Source: Ruminococcus sp. (GTDB lineage Bacteria; Bacillota; Clostridia; Oscillospirales; Acutalibacteraceae). From it: a DNA stretch of 64,000 bases. The stretch covers positions 33-64,032 of the forward strand of contig JBJEOZ010000239.1 of assembly GCA_051880975.1 (NCBI GenBank). Reading direction: 5' to 3'. The notes beneath the pieces were generated by a model, which searched no databases, had not been told where the DNA came from, and saw only the letters and a program-made list of their open reading frames with translations. This document shows positions 31,589-41,640 of this stretch, one piece after another (positions within the stretch are counted from its first letter, which is position 1; every line of letters begins with the position of its first letter). Position numbers and translations under genes: made by a program.

Positions 31589-32707
31589 CTAAAATTTTAC
31601 AAGGCTTTCAAGTCCTGACTTTAAGCCCTTTACAAACATATCCACATCTTCTTTTGTGTTACTTTCGCAAAAGCTGATTCTCAGTGCCGAGTTTATTCTT
31701 CGGTTGTCATATCCGTAGGCGCTTAGCACATGGCTAAGCTCACCCTTGTGACAGGCAGAGCCTGAGCTTACACACACATCAAAATTATCTGCAAGATATG
31801 AAAGCATAGTCTGGCTCATAACACAGTTGGTTGATATGTTCATTATATAGGGAAAGTCACCGCTGTTTGTGACGATTCCCTGAATATCCTCTAAATTTTC
31901 TTTCAAATACTGATTTAATTCTTTTACCTTTTTGTAGTTTTCATCTATATTAAACTCTTCCACAGCTTTTGAAAATGCCCCGATTAGCGGTAATGATTCT
32001 GTTCCGGGACGGAGCTTGCCCTCCTGCATTCCTCCAAAGGCTCTCGGCAAAATCCTTGTGCCTTTTTTCACATACAAGGCTCCCACACCCTTTGGTCCAT
32101 GCACCTTGTGGGCTGACACTGTGAGCAAATCACAGCCGATTTTCTTAACTCGACAGCTTAGTTTACCGTAACCCTGAACAAAATCCGTATGGAATAATGC
32201 AGGAGATTTCTTCCTCTTTATTATGGCGGGGATTTTTTCCGTCGGTATTACAAGTCCTGTTTCATTGTTCACCGTCATTGCAGTAACAAGTATGGTTTTT
32301 TCGTCAATAGCATCGGCAAATTGCTGTGGTGTTATCTCCCCGTTTTCAGGCTTTATATAAACAACCTGAAAGCCCTGTTTTTCCAGCTCCTTAACCGTCT
32401 CCAAAACAGAGGGATGCTCTAAGGCTGTTGTGACGATTTTGTTGCCCTGTCGTCTTTTTGCGTTAACCGCCCCAAAAATTGCAAGGTTGTTTGCCTCTGT
32501 ACCCCCTGAGTTGAAGAAAATCTCCTTTTCCTCTGCTCCTAAGGATGACGCAATAACCCTTCTTGCATTTTCTAAAATGAGGGAAGCGTCATACCCCATA
32601 TTGTGCAATGAGCTTGGGTTGCCAAAGCTCTTTGTCATTATATCATATGCAGTTTTTGCAACATTTTCGCTTACAACTGTGGTTGCACTGTTATCAAGAT
32701 AATACAT
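31589..32707 (-). CDS. cysteine desulfurase (IscS/NifS family)
   Basis: YLDNSATT, SAHK PLP lysine, SSGSAC catalytic Cys; directly upstream of thiI. Confidence 0.92.
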   Translation of the reverse strand: MYYLDNSATTVVSENVAKTAYDIMTKSFGNPSSLHNMGYDASLILENARRVIASSLGAEEKEIFFNSGGTEANNLAIFGAVNAKRRQGNKIVTTALEHPSVLETVKELEKQGFQVVYIKPENGEITPQQFADAIDEKTILVTAMTVNNETGLVIPTEKIPAIIKRKKSPALFHTDFVQGYGKLSCRVKKIGCDLLTVSAHKVHGPKGVGALYVKKGTRILPRAFGGMQEGKLRPGTESLPLIGAFSKAVEEFNIDENYKKVKELNQYLKENLEDIQGIVTNSGDFPYIMNISTNCVMSQTMLSYLADNFDVCVSSGSACHKGELSHVLSAYGYDNRRINSALRISFCESNTKEDVDMFVKGLKSGLESLVKF

Positions 32708-32827
32708 TTATTATTCCTCTTTTGCGTTATACATTTTCATTATACAACAAAAATTCGTCAAAGGAAATAGGAAAAACAAAATTCATATATCAATCATCGT
32801 TTGGGTAAGATAAAAACAGGTGATAAT

Positions 32828-33283
32828 ATGATTTCTAAACAAGAGTACAGTAAATTAGTTAAAAAATACAGCCATAACAGTCCTATTTTCAAGGACTGCG
32901 TTTTGGCTTTTCTTTTTGGAGGAGGCATTTGCACCATTGGTCAGGGTTTTCAAAATCTTTATCAGTACCTTGGCTTTAACAAGGACGATGCAGGGTGCTT
33001 TGTATCCATTACTTTAGTGTTTTTTGGTGTTCTCCTCACCTTTATAGGCTGGTATGACAACCTTGCAAAATACGGCGGAGCAGGTACTCTTATTCCAATA
33101 ACAGGCTTTGCAAACTCCATTGCCTCCCCCGCTATTGAATTTAAAAGCGAGGGTCTTGTGCTGGGAATGGGTGCAAAAATGTTTGTTATAGCAGGACCTG
33201 TACTTGTTTACGGAATTTCGGCATCTGTAATATGCGGAATTATTTTGCAGATACTTTCATTTTTCGGGATAAAACCGCTGTAA
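32828..33283 (+). CDS. spoVAC: stage V sporulation protein AC
   Basis: AFLFGGGICTIGQ, GAGTLIPITGFANS, MFVIAGPVLVYG. Confidence 0.9.
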   Translation: MISKQEYSKLVKKYSHNSPIFKDCVLAFLFGGGICTIGQGFQNLYQYLGFNKDDAGCFVSITLVFFGVLLTFIGWYDNLAKYGGAGTLIPITGFANSIASPAIEFKSEGLVLGMGAKMFVIAGPVLVYGISASVICGIILQILSFFGIKPL

Positions 33284-33394
33284 AATGCCTAAAATATCCC
33301 CCGACAAAAGTCAAAAAGCACGGAACAAGCCGTGCTTTTTAACTAGCTGAATTATTATATAAAAACGGGGAGACCGTTTTATATCGAATTAAAA

Positions 33395-33910
33395 TTATAT
33401 ACCCTCTGCGTCAACAGGCTTTCCCTGTTCAAGGCTCTTTTTTACATCAAGCAAACGCTGGTTTTTACTGCCTCTAAAGTGGAGCATTAGGCTCCTCTCT
33501 TCAAGGATAAAGGGTCCGTCCACAAGGTAATCCACCTGTTCTAAAAGCTCTTTCCATTCCGGGTGAGTATCAAAGGATGAAACAAGCTGTTCAAAGGTGT
33601 AGCCTGTGTAGCAGAATACATTGTAACCGTATTCGTGACACATTTTGCCCAGCTTGGCAAGAACCGTTGCCTGGGCAAAGGGTTCCCCTCCCGAAAAGGT
33701 CAAGCCCTGTAATAACGGGTCTTTTTTTGCCGTTTCAAATATTTTTTCAATATCTCCGTCATAGCCCTTGTCAAAGTCCCATGTTTCAGGATTGTGACAG
33801 CCCTTGCAGTGGTGGGGACAGCCTTGGGTAAAAATTGTCATTCTGATTCCCGGTCCGTCCACAATGGATTCCCTTATTATACCTGCAAGGCGAATTTTGT
33901 TTTCATCCAT
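33395..33910 (-). CDS. nrdG: anaerobic ribonucleotide reductase activating enzyme
   Basis: DGPGIR, CPHHCKGC radical-SAM motif, SGGEP, RGSKNQ. Confidence 0.96.
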   Translation of the reverse strand: MDENKIRLAGIIRESIVDGPGIRMTIFTQGCPHHCKGCHNPETWDFDKGYDGDIEKIFETAKKDPLLQGLTFSGGEPFAQATVLAKLGKMCHEYGYNVFCYTGYTFEQLVSSFDTHPEWKELLEQVDYLVDGPFILEERSLMLHFRGSKNQRLLDVKKSLEQGKPVDAEGI

Positions 33911-36270
33911 TATACAGCCTCTTCAGCGCCACAGCAGTCACAGGCAAGGTTGTGCTTAACCCTATCCTCAACCTCTGCACGCTTGGCGTTGTTAAAGCGG
34001 TCAACAGTACCAACAAGGTAGCCTGTGATTCTTCTTATTCTCTCAAAGCCCTGACCTGAAACGCCCTCTTTTCTGCCACACTTTGGACAAACATCACCGA
34101 TAATTCCTGTGTGTCCGCAAACAGGGTCCCTGTCAACAGGGTGGTTGATTGAGCCGTAGCCAATGCCCTGCTCCTTCATATATCTGATAACAGACTCAAA
34201 GGCGTCAAGATTCTCTGACGGGTCACCGTCAAGCTCAATGTAGCTGATATGTCCGCCATTTGTCAGGTTGTGATAAGGTGCCTCAATTCTGATTTTGTCA
34301 AAGGCTGAAATGTTGTAGTAAACAGGAACATGGAATGAGTTTGTGTAGTAATCCCTGTCTGTAACTTCAGGAATAACGCCGAACTTTTCCTTGTCGATTC
34401 TTACAAAACGGCCTGAAAGACCCTCGGCAGGTGTTGCGATAACAGAGAAGTTAAGTCCGAACTTTTCTGACGCCTCGTTCATCTTCTTACGCATATAGCC
34501 AACAATTTCAAGTCCAAGTCGCTGACTTTCTTCACTTTCGCCGTGGTGCTTGCCTGTGAGAGCCTTTAGGCACTCCGCAAGTCCGATAAATCCACAGGTG
34601 AGTGTACCGTGCTTAAGCACTTCTCTAACCTCGTCATTAGGGTTCAGCTTTTCGGAGTCAATCCAAATGCCCTGTCCCATAAGGAAAGGATAGTTGAGAA
34701 CTCTCTTCTGACACTGAATTTCAAATCTTTCAAGTAGCTGGTCTGTAACAAGGTCAATCATTCTGTCAAGCTGTTCAAAGAAGAAGTCAATGTTCTTGTT
34801 TGCAAGAATTGCAAGACGAGGTAGGTTGATTGAGGTAAATGACAGGTTTCCTCTGCCGTAGGTAATCTCCCTTGTGGGGTCATAAACATTGCCCATAACC
34901 CTTGTACGGCAACCCATATATGCACACTCTGTTTCAGGGTGTCCCTCTTTGTAATACTGCTTGTTAAACGGTGCGTCAATAAAGCTGAAATTCGGGAACA
35001 ATCTCTTTGCAGAAACCTTCATTGCAAGTTTGAACAAATCGTAGTTTGGGTCCCCCGGGTTGTAGTTAATGCCCTCTTTAACCTTAAAGATATGAATTGG
35101 GAAAATCGGTGTTTCGCCGTTGCCAAGACCTGCGTCCTCTGCAAGAAGGATATTTTTGATAACAAGTCTGCCCTCGGGAGAAGTGTCTGTACCGTAGTTG
35201 AGGGAGGAGAAAGGAATCTGAGCGCCTGCACGGGAGTGCATTGTGTTAAGGTTGTGGATAAGCGCCTCCATAGCCTGATATGTTGAACGGTCAATTTCCT
35301 TTTCAGCGTGTTTCTTTGCAAACTTTTGGATTTTGCCAGCAAGCTTTTCGCCGAATTTTTCTGTAAGCAAAGGAAGCTCTGCCTTAGCATACTTTTCCCC
35401 TGCCATAAGTGACGGCTTATCACCGCTTTCTTCCGTTGCCTTAGCCATAACTTCTTTGGTTATATTTATTGTTTCGTCAATGTCGTCAACCTCAGCCAAA
35501 AGCTCAATAGCCCTTGCAAGGTTTTGACGGTAAAGCTTTAGATATGTTTTCTTAACACCGGGAGCCATACCGTAGTCAAAGTTAGGAACAGACTGACCGC
35601 CGTGCTGGTCGTTTTGGTTACTTTGGATAGCAATACAGGCAAGTGCCGAGTAGGATGCAATGTCGTTTGGTTCTCTTAAATAACCGTGACCTGTGGAAAA
35701 TCCTCCGTTAAACAGGCTCAAAAGGTCAATCTGACAGCAGGTTGTTGTAAGTGTAAGGAAGTCAAGGTCGTGAATGTGAATATCTCCGTTTTCGTGAGCC
35801 TTGGCATGCTTTGGGTTGAGAATGTACATTTTGTAAAACTGCTTTGCACCCTCACTGCCGTACTTAAGCATTGTACCCATTGCTGTGTCGCCGTCGATAT
35901 TTGCATTTTCTCTCTTTACATCATTATCCTTAGCTGACTTAAAGGTTAAATCCTCATAAATTTTCATCAGCTGAGTGTTCATTTCACGGTGCTTTGTACG
36001 CTCTGCTCTGTAAAGGATAAATTCCTTTGCAGTTCTTGCGTGACCGTTTTCAATCATCATTTTTTCAACTGTGTCCTGAACATGCTCAACTGTTGGTGTT
36101 TCTATCTTCTCAACATTTTCGATGTAGTCGCAAACCTTTTTGGCAAGCTCCTCTGCCTCATTATAGTTTGAACCACCGATAGCCTGAGCAGCCTTAAAAA
36201 TTGCGTTTGTAATCTTTTCCATTTCAAATGGAACTTTTCTGCCATCTCGCTTAACAATCTGCTTAATCAT
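33910..36270 (-). CDS. nrdD: class III anaerobic ribonucleoside-triphosphate reductase with ATP cone
   Basis: KRDGR ATP cone, HIHDLD, MGCR, TPAEGLS, RITGYL glycyl-radical loop. Confidence 0.97.
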   Translation of the reverse strand: MIKQIVKRDGRKVPFEMEKITNAIFKAAQAIGGSNYNEAEELAKKVCDYIENVEKIETPTVEHVQDTVEKMMIENGHARTAKEFILYRAERTKHREMNTQLMKIYEDLTFKSAKDNDVKRENANIDGDTAMGTMLKYGSEGAKQFYKMYILNPKHAKAHENGDIHIHDLDFLTLTTTCCQIDLLSLFNGGFSTGHGYLREPNDIASYSALACIAIQSNQNDQHGGQSVPNFDYGMAPGVKKTYLKLYRQNLARAIELLAEVDDIDETINITKEVMAKATEESGDKPSLMAGEKYAKAELPLLTEKFGEKLAGKIQKFAKKHAEKEIDRSTYQAMEALIHNLNTMHSRAGAQIPFSSLNYGTDTSPEGRLVIKNILLAEDAGLGNGETPIFPIHIFKVKEGINYNPGDPNYDLFKLAMKVSAKRLFPNFSFIDAPFNKQYYKEGHPETECAYMGCRTRVMGNVYDPTREITYGRGNLSFTSINLPRLAILANKNIDFFFEQLDRMIDLVTDQLLERFEIQCQKRVLNYPFLMGQGIWIDSEKLNPNDEVREVLKHGTLTCGFIGLAECLKALTGKHHGESEESQRLGLEIVGYMRKKMNEASEKFGLNFSVIATPAEGLSGRFVRIDKEKFGVIPEVTDRDYYTNSFHVPVYYNISAFDKIRIEAPYHNLTNGGHISYIELDGDPSENLDAFESVIRYMKEQGIGYGSINHPVDRDPVCGHTGIIGDVCPKCGRKEGVSGQGFERIRRITGYLVGTVDRFNNAKRAEVEDRVKHNLACDCCGAEEAV

Positions 36271-36395
36271 TTTTTCCTCCTAAAGCTTTTGTGCAAATCT
36301 CTTTTAATTATTCTTACAATCTATTTTTCAATCTGTTTTTGTATTGCTGTAAATATATTTCATTCAATTTTCTTCTTCTTTTTTCGTGCCCTATT

Positions 36396-36424
36396 AGTAT
36401 ATCCCATATATTGTGCTTAGTCAA
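36396..36424 (-). promoter_or_regulatory. nrdD promoter with an NrdR box in its spacer
   Basis: TTGACT-17 bp-TATACT; GCACAATATATGGGAT (36401-36416) resembles the acaCwAtATaTwGtgt consensus. Confidence 0.7.
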
Positions 36425-36490
36425 CTGTTATATTCCACAATTTTCACTTTAATTCTTTTGTAATCATTTGAAACTTAGGTTTTATGGGAA

Positions 36491-36537
36491 TAACAACAAA
36501 TTGTATCACAAAATTGTAAACATACTACATATTGTGT
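36491..36537. promoter_or_regulatory. tandem NrdR boxes
   Basis: ATACTACATATTGTGT (36522-36537) and weaker TAACAACAAATTGTAT (36491-36506), 31 bp apart. Confidence 0.65.
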
Positions 36538-36623
36538 TAATATATCTTCATCTGTCTTTTTTCTTTTTAATAATTCTAATTGGGAATTATGCAAGTTCCA
36601 CGAAATTAAGAAAATATAAAAAA

Positions 36624-36677
36624 CCACAATATATAGACTATGGTTTTGTTGCACAATCTCTACATTTATATTATAAT
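36624..36677 (+). promoter_or_regulatory. polA promoter preceded by an NrdR-like box
   Basis: CCACAATATATAGACT (36624-36639); TTGCAC-17 bp-TATAAT (36649-36677). Confidence 0.6.
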
Positions 36678-36723
36678 AGATAAGTAAAGTTTATATTTTT
36701 AAATAGTTTGAAAGGTTTTAGTT

Positions 36724-39258
36724 ATGAAATTATTAGTAGTTGACGGTAACTCAATACTTAACAGGGCATTTTACGGAATTCGTCCCCTTACAACCAAGGA
36801 CGGACAATTCACAAATGCAATATACGGTTTTCTCACAATGCTTTTAAAGATACAGGAGGATGTAACTCCCGACGCAGTTGCAATAGCCTTTGACTTAAAA
36901 GCACCAACATTCCGACACAAGGCTTATGATGGTTACAAATCAAACAGGAAGGGTATGCCTGAGGAACTTCACCAACAGCTCCAACCCTTAAAGGATTTGC
37001 TCACACTTTTGGGCTACAAGCTGGTTACCAAAGAGGGGTATGAGGCAGATGACATTTTAGGAACACTCTCCAATTCCTGTGCAGAAAAGGGAGATGAATG
37101 TGTCCTTGCCACAGGTGACAGGGATTCCTTACAGCTTGTAAACGACAAGGTAACAGTAAGGCTTGCCTCAACAAAGGGCGGAAAGGCAAACGCCATACTC
37201 TACGATAAGGATAAGATTATGGAGGACTACGGAGTTACACCTCGTCAGCTTATTGAGATAAAGGCTATTCAAGGGGATTCATCAGACTGCATTCCCGGTG
37301 TGCCCGGTATTGGGCCAAAGGGTGCGGGTGAGCTGATTCAAAAATACGGCAATCTTGACTATATATATGAAAACATAGACAGTCTTGACATAAAACCGGG
37401 TATGCGTAAAAAGCTTGTTGAAAACAAGGACAGTGCATATATGAGTCGTATGCTTGGTGAAATCAAGCTGGATATTCCCATTGACACCAACATAGACAGT
37501 TACCTTGTAAACTGCACAGACCCCGAGGGTGCATCGAGAATGATGGCAAGGCTTGAGCTTTTTTCTCTCATAGACAAATTCCACCTGAAAGAAACAGAGG
37601 TCAAATCTCCTGTTGTGCAGAAGAAGGATTATATCTACGCTGAAAGTGATACAGTAGATATTAAGGACAAGGTGTATATATACAGCAACAACGGTGGCAA
37701 GGCGAACATAGAATATCTGTACGTTGTTGAGGGTGACAAAATCACCAAAACAACAGATATTGATTCCGTACTAAAAAGCAGTGCAGAAAAGTATGTTTAC
37801 AGCTCCAAGGAGCTTTTTGCCTATGCGGATAAAAAGGGTTTTGAAATTGAAAACCTTGTTTTCGACATCACCCTTGCATCATATCTGTTAAGTCCCTCCT
37901 CTTCCTCATATGACATAACTATGCTAAACGGAGAATATGATGTTGATGTGTATCAAGGGGAGGATGAACTCCTATGCAACATTTCACCAATGGAGGATTT
38001 GTGCAATGTTTTGCAGGAAAAGATTAAGGAATGTAATCAAAGCGAACTTTTGACAAATATAGAAATCCCCCTTGCAAGAGTTCTTTCAAGAATGGAGAAC
38101 ATAGGCTTTGCCGTTGACAAGGAGGGCATAAAAAGCTTTGGCGAAAGCCTTACAAAGCAAATTCAGGAATTAAAACAGGAGATTTACGATGCTGTTGGCA
38201 AGGAGTTTAACATAAACTCTCCAAAACAGCTTGGTGTGGCACTTTTTGAGGATTTAGGACTGCCCTGCAAAAAGAAAACAAAGTCGGGTTACTCTACAAG
38301 CGCAGATGTACTTGAGGGACTTAGGAATGAACACCCTGTTGTGGGAATGGTGCTGAATTATAGAACACTTAGCAAGCTAAACTCCACCTACTGCGAGGGT
38401 CTGCTGAAAGTAATCGGTGAGGACGGAAGAATACACTCCTCATTTAACCAAACAGAAACAAGGACAGGGCGAATAAGCTCTACCGACCCAAATTTGCAGA
38501 ACATCCCTGTTCGCACAAAATTGGGCAGAGAAATGCGAAAGTTCTTTAACGCAAGAAACGGCTGGATGCTGGTTGACGCCGATTACAGCCAAATTGAACT
38601 TAGGGTATTGGCGGATATATCCAAGGACGAAAATATGGTGAAGGCTTTTATTGAAAATCAGGACATTCACGCAATCACCGCAAGTCAAGTCTTTGATATG
38701 CCCCTTGATTACGTTACAAGTCAAATGCGAAGCAAGGCAAAGGCTGTCAATTTTGGAATAGTTTACGGTATAGGAGCCTATTCCTTAGCCAAGGATATTG
38801 GTGTAAGCAACAAAGAGGCAAAAAATTACATTGACTCATATTTAAGACATTACAGCGGTATAGACCGATATATGAAAGAGGTTGTGGAAAAGGCAAAGGA
38901 AACAGGATATGTGGAAACCACCTTTGGCAGAAGAAGATACCTGCCTGAGCTTACCGCCTCAAACGGTATGACAAGGGCATTCGGAGAAAGGGTTGCAAGG
39001 AATGCCCCAATCCAAGGCACTGCCGCAGATATTATCAAAATCGCAATGATTAAGGTTGACAAAAGGCTTTCAAAGGAAAATCTTGAGGCAAGGCTGATCC
39101 TACAGGTTCACGATGAGCTTATTGTGGAGTGTCCTGCCCACGAAACCATGGTTGTTGCAATGATATTACAGGAGGAAATGGAAAAGGCGGTAAAACTGTC
39201 TGTACCACTTGTTGCAGACTCCGCTGTGGGTGAAAACTGGTTTGAGGCAAAAGGTTGA
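36724..39258 (+). CDS. polA: DNA polymerase I
   Basis: 5'-3' exonuclease (DGNS, YEADD, GDSSD); polymerase motifs DYSQIELR, KAVNFGIVYG, QVHDEL. Confidence 0.97.
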   Translation: MKLLVVDGNSILNRAFYGIRPLTTKDGQFTNAIYGFLTMLLKIQEDVTPDAVAIAFDLKAPTFRHKAYDGYKSNRKGMPEELHQQLQPLKDLLTLLGYKLVTKEGYEADDILGTLSNSCAEKGDECVLATGDRDSLQLVNDKVTVRLASTKGGKANAILYDKDKIMEDYGVTPRQLIEIKAIQGDSSDCIPGVPGIGPKGAGELIQKYGNLDYIYENIDSLDIKPGMRKKLVENKDSAYMSRMLGEIKLDIPIDTNIDSYLVNCTDPEGASRMMARLELFSLIDKFHLKETEVKSPVVQKKDYIYAESDTVDIKDKVYIYSNNGGKANIEYLYVVEGDKITKTTDIDSVLKSSAEKYVYSSKELFAYADKKGFEIENLVFDITLASYLLSPSSSSYDITMLNGEYDVDVYQGEDELLCNISPMEDLCNVLQEKIKECNQSELLTNIEIPLARVLSRMENIGFAVDKEGIKSFGESLTKQIQELKQEIYDAVGKEFNINSPKQLGVALFEDLGLPCKKKTKSGYSTSADVLEGLRNEHPVVGMVLNYRTLSKLNSTYCEGLLKVIGEDGRIHSSFNQTETRTGRISSTDPNLQNIPVRTKLGREMRKFFNARNGWMLVDADYSQIELRVLADISKDENMVKAFIENQDIHAITASQVFDMPLDYVTSQMRSKAKAVNFGIVYGIGAYSLAKDIGVSNKEAKNYIDSYLRHYSGIDRYMKEVVEKAKETGYVETTFGRRRYLPELTASNGMTRAFGERVARNAPIQGTAADIIKIAMIKVDKRLSKENLEARLILQVHDELIVECPAHETMVVAMILQEEMEKAVKLSVPLVADSAVGENWFEAKG

Positions 39259-39396
39259 TTTTTAAGGGGATAATAACCAAAAATATAATCATATAATATC
39301 AAATACCCTTGAATTTTGTATAGTAAAGTGATACAATAGCACTGTGAGTAGGCATATATTTACAAGCTTTTTTGTTTAATTCAGAAAGAGGACATT

Positions 39397-39870
39397 ATGA
39401 AAAAAGTATTATTTGTATGCACAGGCAACACCTGTCGTTCTCCAATGGCAGAAGGAATTTTTAACAAATTGGCAGCCGAGTACGGTATTGATGCAGTAGC
39501 GGAAAGTGCCGGACTTAACACCAAAAATGATCTGCCTGTTTCCGAAAACGCAGTCGCTGCGTGTGCAGAAATCGGTATTGATATAAGAGGGCATAAATCC
39601 AAAAACTTTGACGACTGCAACCCTGACGACTATGTCACCTTTTGCACAATGAGTTTTGACCATGCGGAAGCACTTATTGAGAGGGGTATTCCACGCAACA
39701 AAATTGAGGTTTTGTGCGGTACCGACCACGGTGTTCCCGACCCTTACGGATTTGGAATGGGAATTTACCGTTCGAGTCGTGATATAATCAAGAGGTGTAT
39801 TGAAAAATACTTCTCTAAGATGCGTCAGAATATTAAGGAAAATGAAGATGAAAATAGTCAGGATGAATGA
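39397..39870 (+). CDS. low-molecular-weight protein phosphatase (YwlE/PtpA-like)
   Basis: CTGNTCRS P-loop, SAG, DPY. Confidence 0.88.
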   Translation: MKKVLFVCTGNTCRSPMAEGIFNKLAAEYGIDAVAESAGLNTKNDLPVSENAVAACAEIGIDIRGHKSKNFDDCNPDDYVTFCTMSFDHAEALIERGIPRNKIEVLCGTDHGVPDPYGFGMGIYRSSRDIIKRCIEKYFSKMRQNIKENEDENSQDE

Positions 39871-40282
39871 GGAAAATATTCATTCTGTAAAGCAAATTGA
39901 AGACGAATGTTTTAGCAATCCCTGGTCTTTTGAAAGTCTGTATGCAGAGCTTTCTAAGGTTGGGGCTTGCTTTTATGTAGCACAGGATGATAACAACTCC
40001 CTTGGGTACATAGGCTTTAATATGGTTTTAGATGAGGGATATATTGCAAATTTGGCGGTTAAAAAGGCTTATCGCCGTCAGGGTGTGGCTGAGGCTCTGC
40101 TAAGCAAGGTTATTGAAACCGCCAAGGAGAATAACCTGTCTTTTGTTTCCCTTGAAGTAAGGGAGAGCAACACCCCTGCAATTAAGCTGTACGAAAAATT
40201 CCGATTTTCAAAACAGGGAGTGCGAAAGGATTTTTATCGCTCCCCAAGGGAAAACGGTTTAATTCTCACAAAATTTTTGTAA
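39848..40282 (+). CDS. rimI: RimI-type GNAT N-acetyltransferase
   Basis: CFSNPWS, NLAV..RRQG, LEVRESN..AIKLY, RKDFY; AAGGA RBS. Confidence 0.88.
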   Translation: MKIVRMNEENIHSVKQIEDECFSNPWSFESLYAELSKVGACFYVAQDDNNSLGYIGFNMVLDEGYIANLAVKKAYRRQGVAEALLSKVIETAKENNLSFVSLEVRESNTPAIKLYEKFRFSKQGVRKDFYRSPRENGLILTKFL

Positions 40283-40293
40283 AGGAAAAATAG

Positions 40294-41304
40294 ATGAAAA
40301 TATTAGGAATAGAAAGCTCCTGTGACGAAACAGCTGCGTCTGTTGTTGAGGACGGCAGAACAGTACTTTCAAATGTAGTTGCAAGTCAGGTTGAGGAGCA
40401 CAAGCTTTACGGCGGTGTTGTTCCCGAAATTGCCTCACGCCGTCACGCAGAATGTATCAGTCAGGTGGTAAAAAAGGCACTTGAGGACGCAAACACAAGT
40501 CTTTCGGAAATTGAGGCTATCGGTGTAACCCACGCACCGGGGCTTATCGGCGCATTACTTGTTGGTGTAAACTTTGCAAAGGGTCTTGCATATGCATCCA
40601 AAAAACCGCTTGTACCAACACATCACCTGAGAAGTCACATAGCGTCCAATTACATTTCAAACAAGGATTTAAAGCCACCGTTTTTGTGCTTGGTGGTTTC
40701 AGGCGGACACAGTCATATAGTTTTGGCTGAAAGCTATACAAGGATGAAAATTATCGGCAGAACAAGGGATGATGCCGCCGGGGAAGCCTTTGACAAGGCT
40801 GCAAGAACTCTTGGTATGAGCTATCCCGGAGGAATTTCAATGGATATTGAGGCTGAAAAGGGAGATCCTTTTTCATTCCCTCTACCCCGTCCTGTTGTCC
40901 AGGGTGCACCCTATGATTTTTCTTTCAGTGGACTGAAAACAGCAATTATCAATACAATTCACAACGCAGAGCAAAGGGGAACTGAATTTTCAAAAGCCGA
41001 CATCTGCGCATCCTTCCGTTGGGCTGTTGTGGATTGCCTTGTTACAAACTTCCTCAAAGCCGCAGAGGACTACAAGGTAAACACCCTTGTTATTGCAGGA
41101 GGAGTTTCAGCAAACTCCCTACTTCGCAAAAGGCTTACCGAGGAATGTAACAAAAGGGGTTACAAGCTGTTTATGCCGGAAAAAAAGTACTGCGGTGACA
41201 ACGGAGCTATGGTGGCAAGTCAGGCATATTACGAATACCTTGACGGAAATATCGCCCCACTGAGCCTGAACGCTGTTGCAACATTGCCTATTGATTACAG
41301 ATGA
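40294..41304 (+). CDS. tsaD: tRNA threonylcarbamoyladenosine biosynthesis protein
   Basis: GIESSCDET, GGVVPEIASR, HHLRSH, DDAAGEAFDK, DNGAM. Confidence 0.96.
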   Translation: MKILGIESSCDETAASVVEDGRTVLSNVVASQVEEHKLYGGVVPEIASRRHAECISQVVKKALEDANTSLSEIEAIGVTHAPGLIGALLVGVNFAKGLAYASKKPLVPTHHLRSHIASNYISNKDLKPPFLCLVVSGGHSHIVLAESYTRMKIIGRTRDDAAGEAFDKAARTLGMSYPGGISMDIEAEKGDPFSFPLPRPVVQGAPYDFSFSGLKTAIINTIHNAEQRGTEFSKADICASFRWAVVDCLVTNFLKAAEDYKVNTLVIAGGVSANSLLRKRLTEECNKRGYKLFMPEKKYCGDNGAMVASQAYYEYLDGNIAPLSLNAVATLPIDYR

Positions 41305-41318
41305 TATACAAATGAAAT

Positions 41319-41355
41319 AAAAAAAGTGTAGCGGAGAAATCTGCTACACTTTTTT
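41319..41355. terminator. bidirectional terminator after tsaD
   Basis: AAAAAAGTGTAGC...GCTACACTTTTTT. Confidence 0.85.
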
Positions 41356-41425
41356 ATGTTTTTACTTTATTTTCACCAAACTCTGTAATGACCAACTACA
41401 GCACTATCATTCCGAAGCACTACAC

Positions 41426-41572
41426 TGTCATTCCGAGCTTGTCGAGGAATCTCCTGCCTCTACCACCCATTTTGTTAGAGAAATTATACTTTCCTATAAC
41501 CTATTAGTATCGGTTAATGCACTACTGCTTTCCTTTCAGATTCCTCGGTCGCTACGCTCCCTCGGAATGACA
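41426..41572. repeat. REPIN-like palindromic element, copy 1
   Basis: TGTCATTCCGAG...GAGGAATC / GATTCCTC...CTCGGAATGACA ends; core shared with 56171-56311. Confidence 0.85.
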
Positions 41573-41640
41573 GCGAGGGAGTTTTCCTCAAAATGACAGA
41601 GTGAGAAATGTCCTAAAAATAACAGGAAATGGGATATTCC

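Noticed and set aside
33910-39258. Intein or intron in nrdD or polA
   Set aside because: Lengths are normal and no splice or homing-endonuclease motifs are visible.
41390-41600. CRISPR array
   Set aside because: Only short degenerate palindromic units, with no regular repeat-spacer series and no cas genes.
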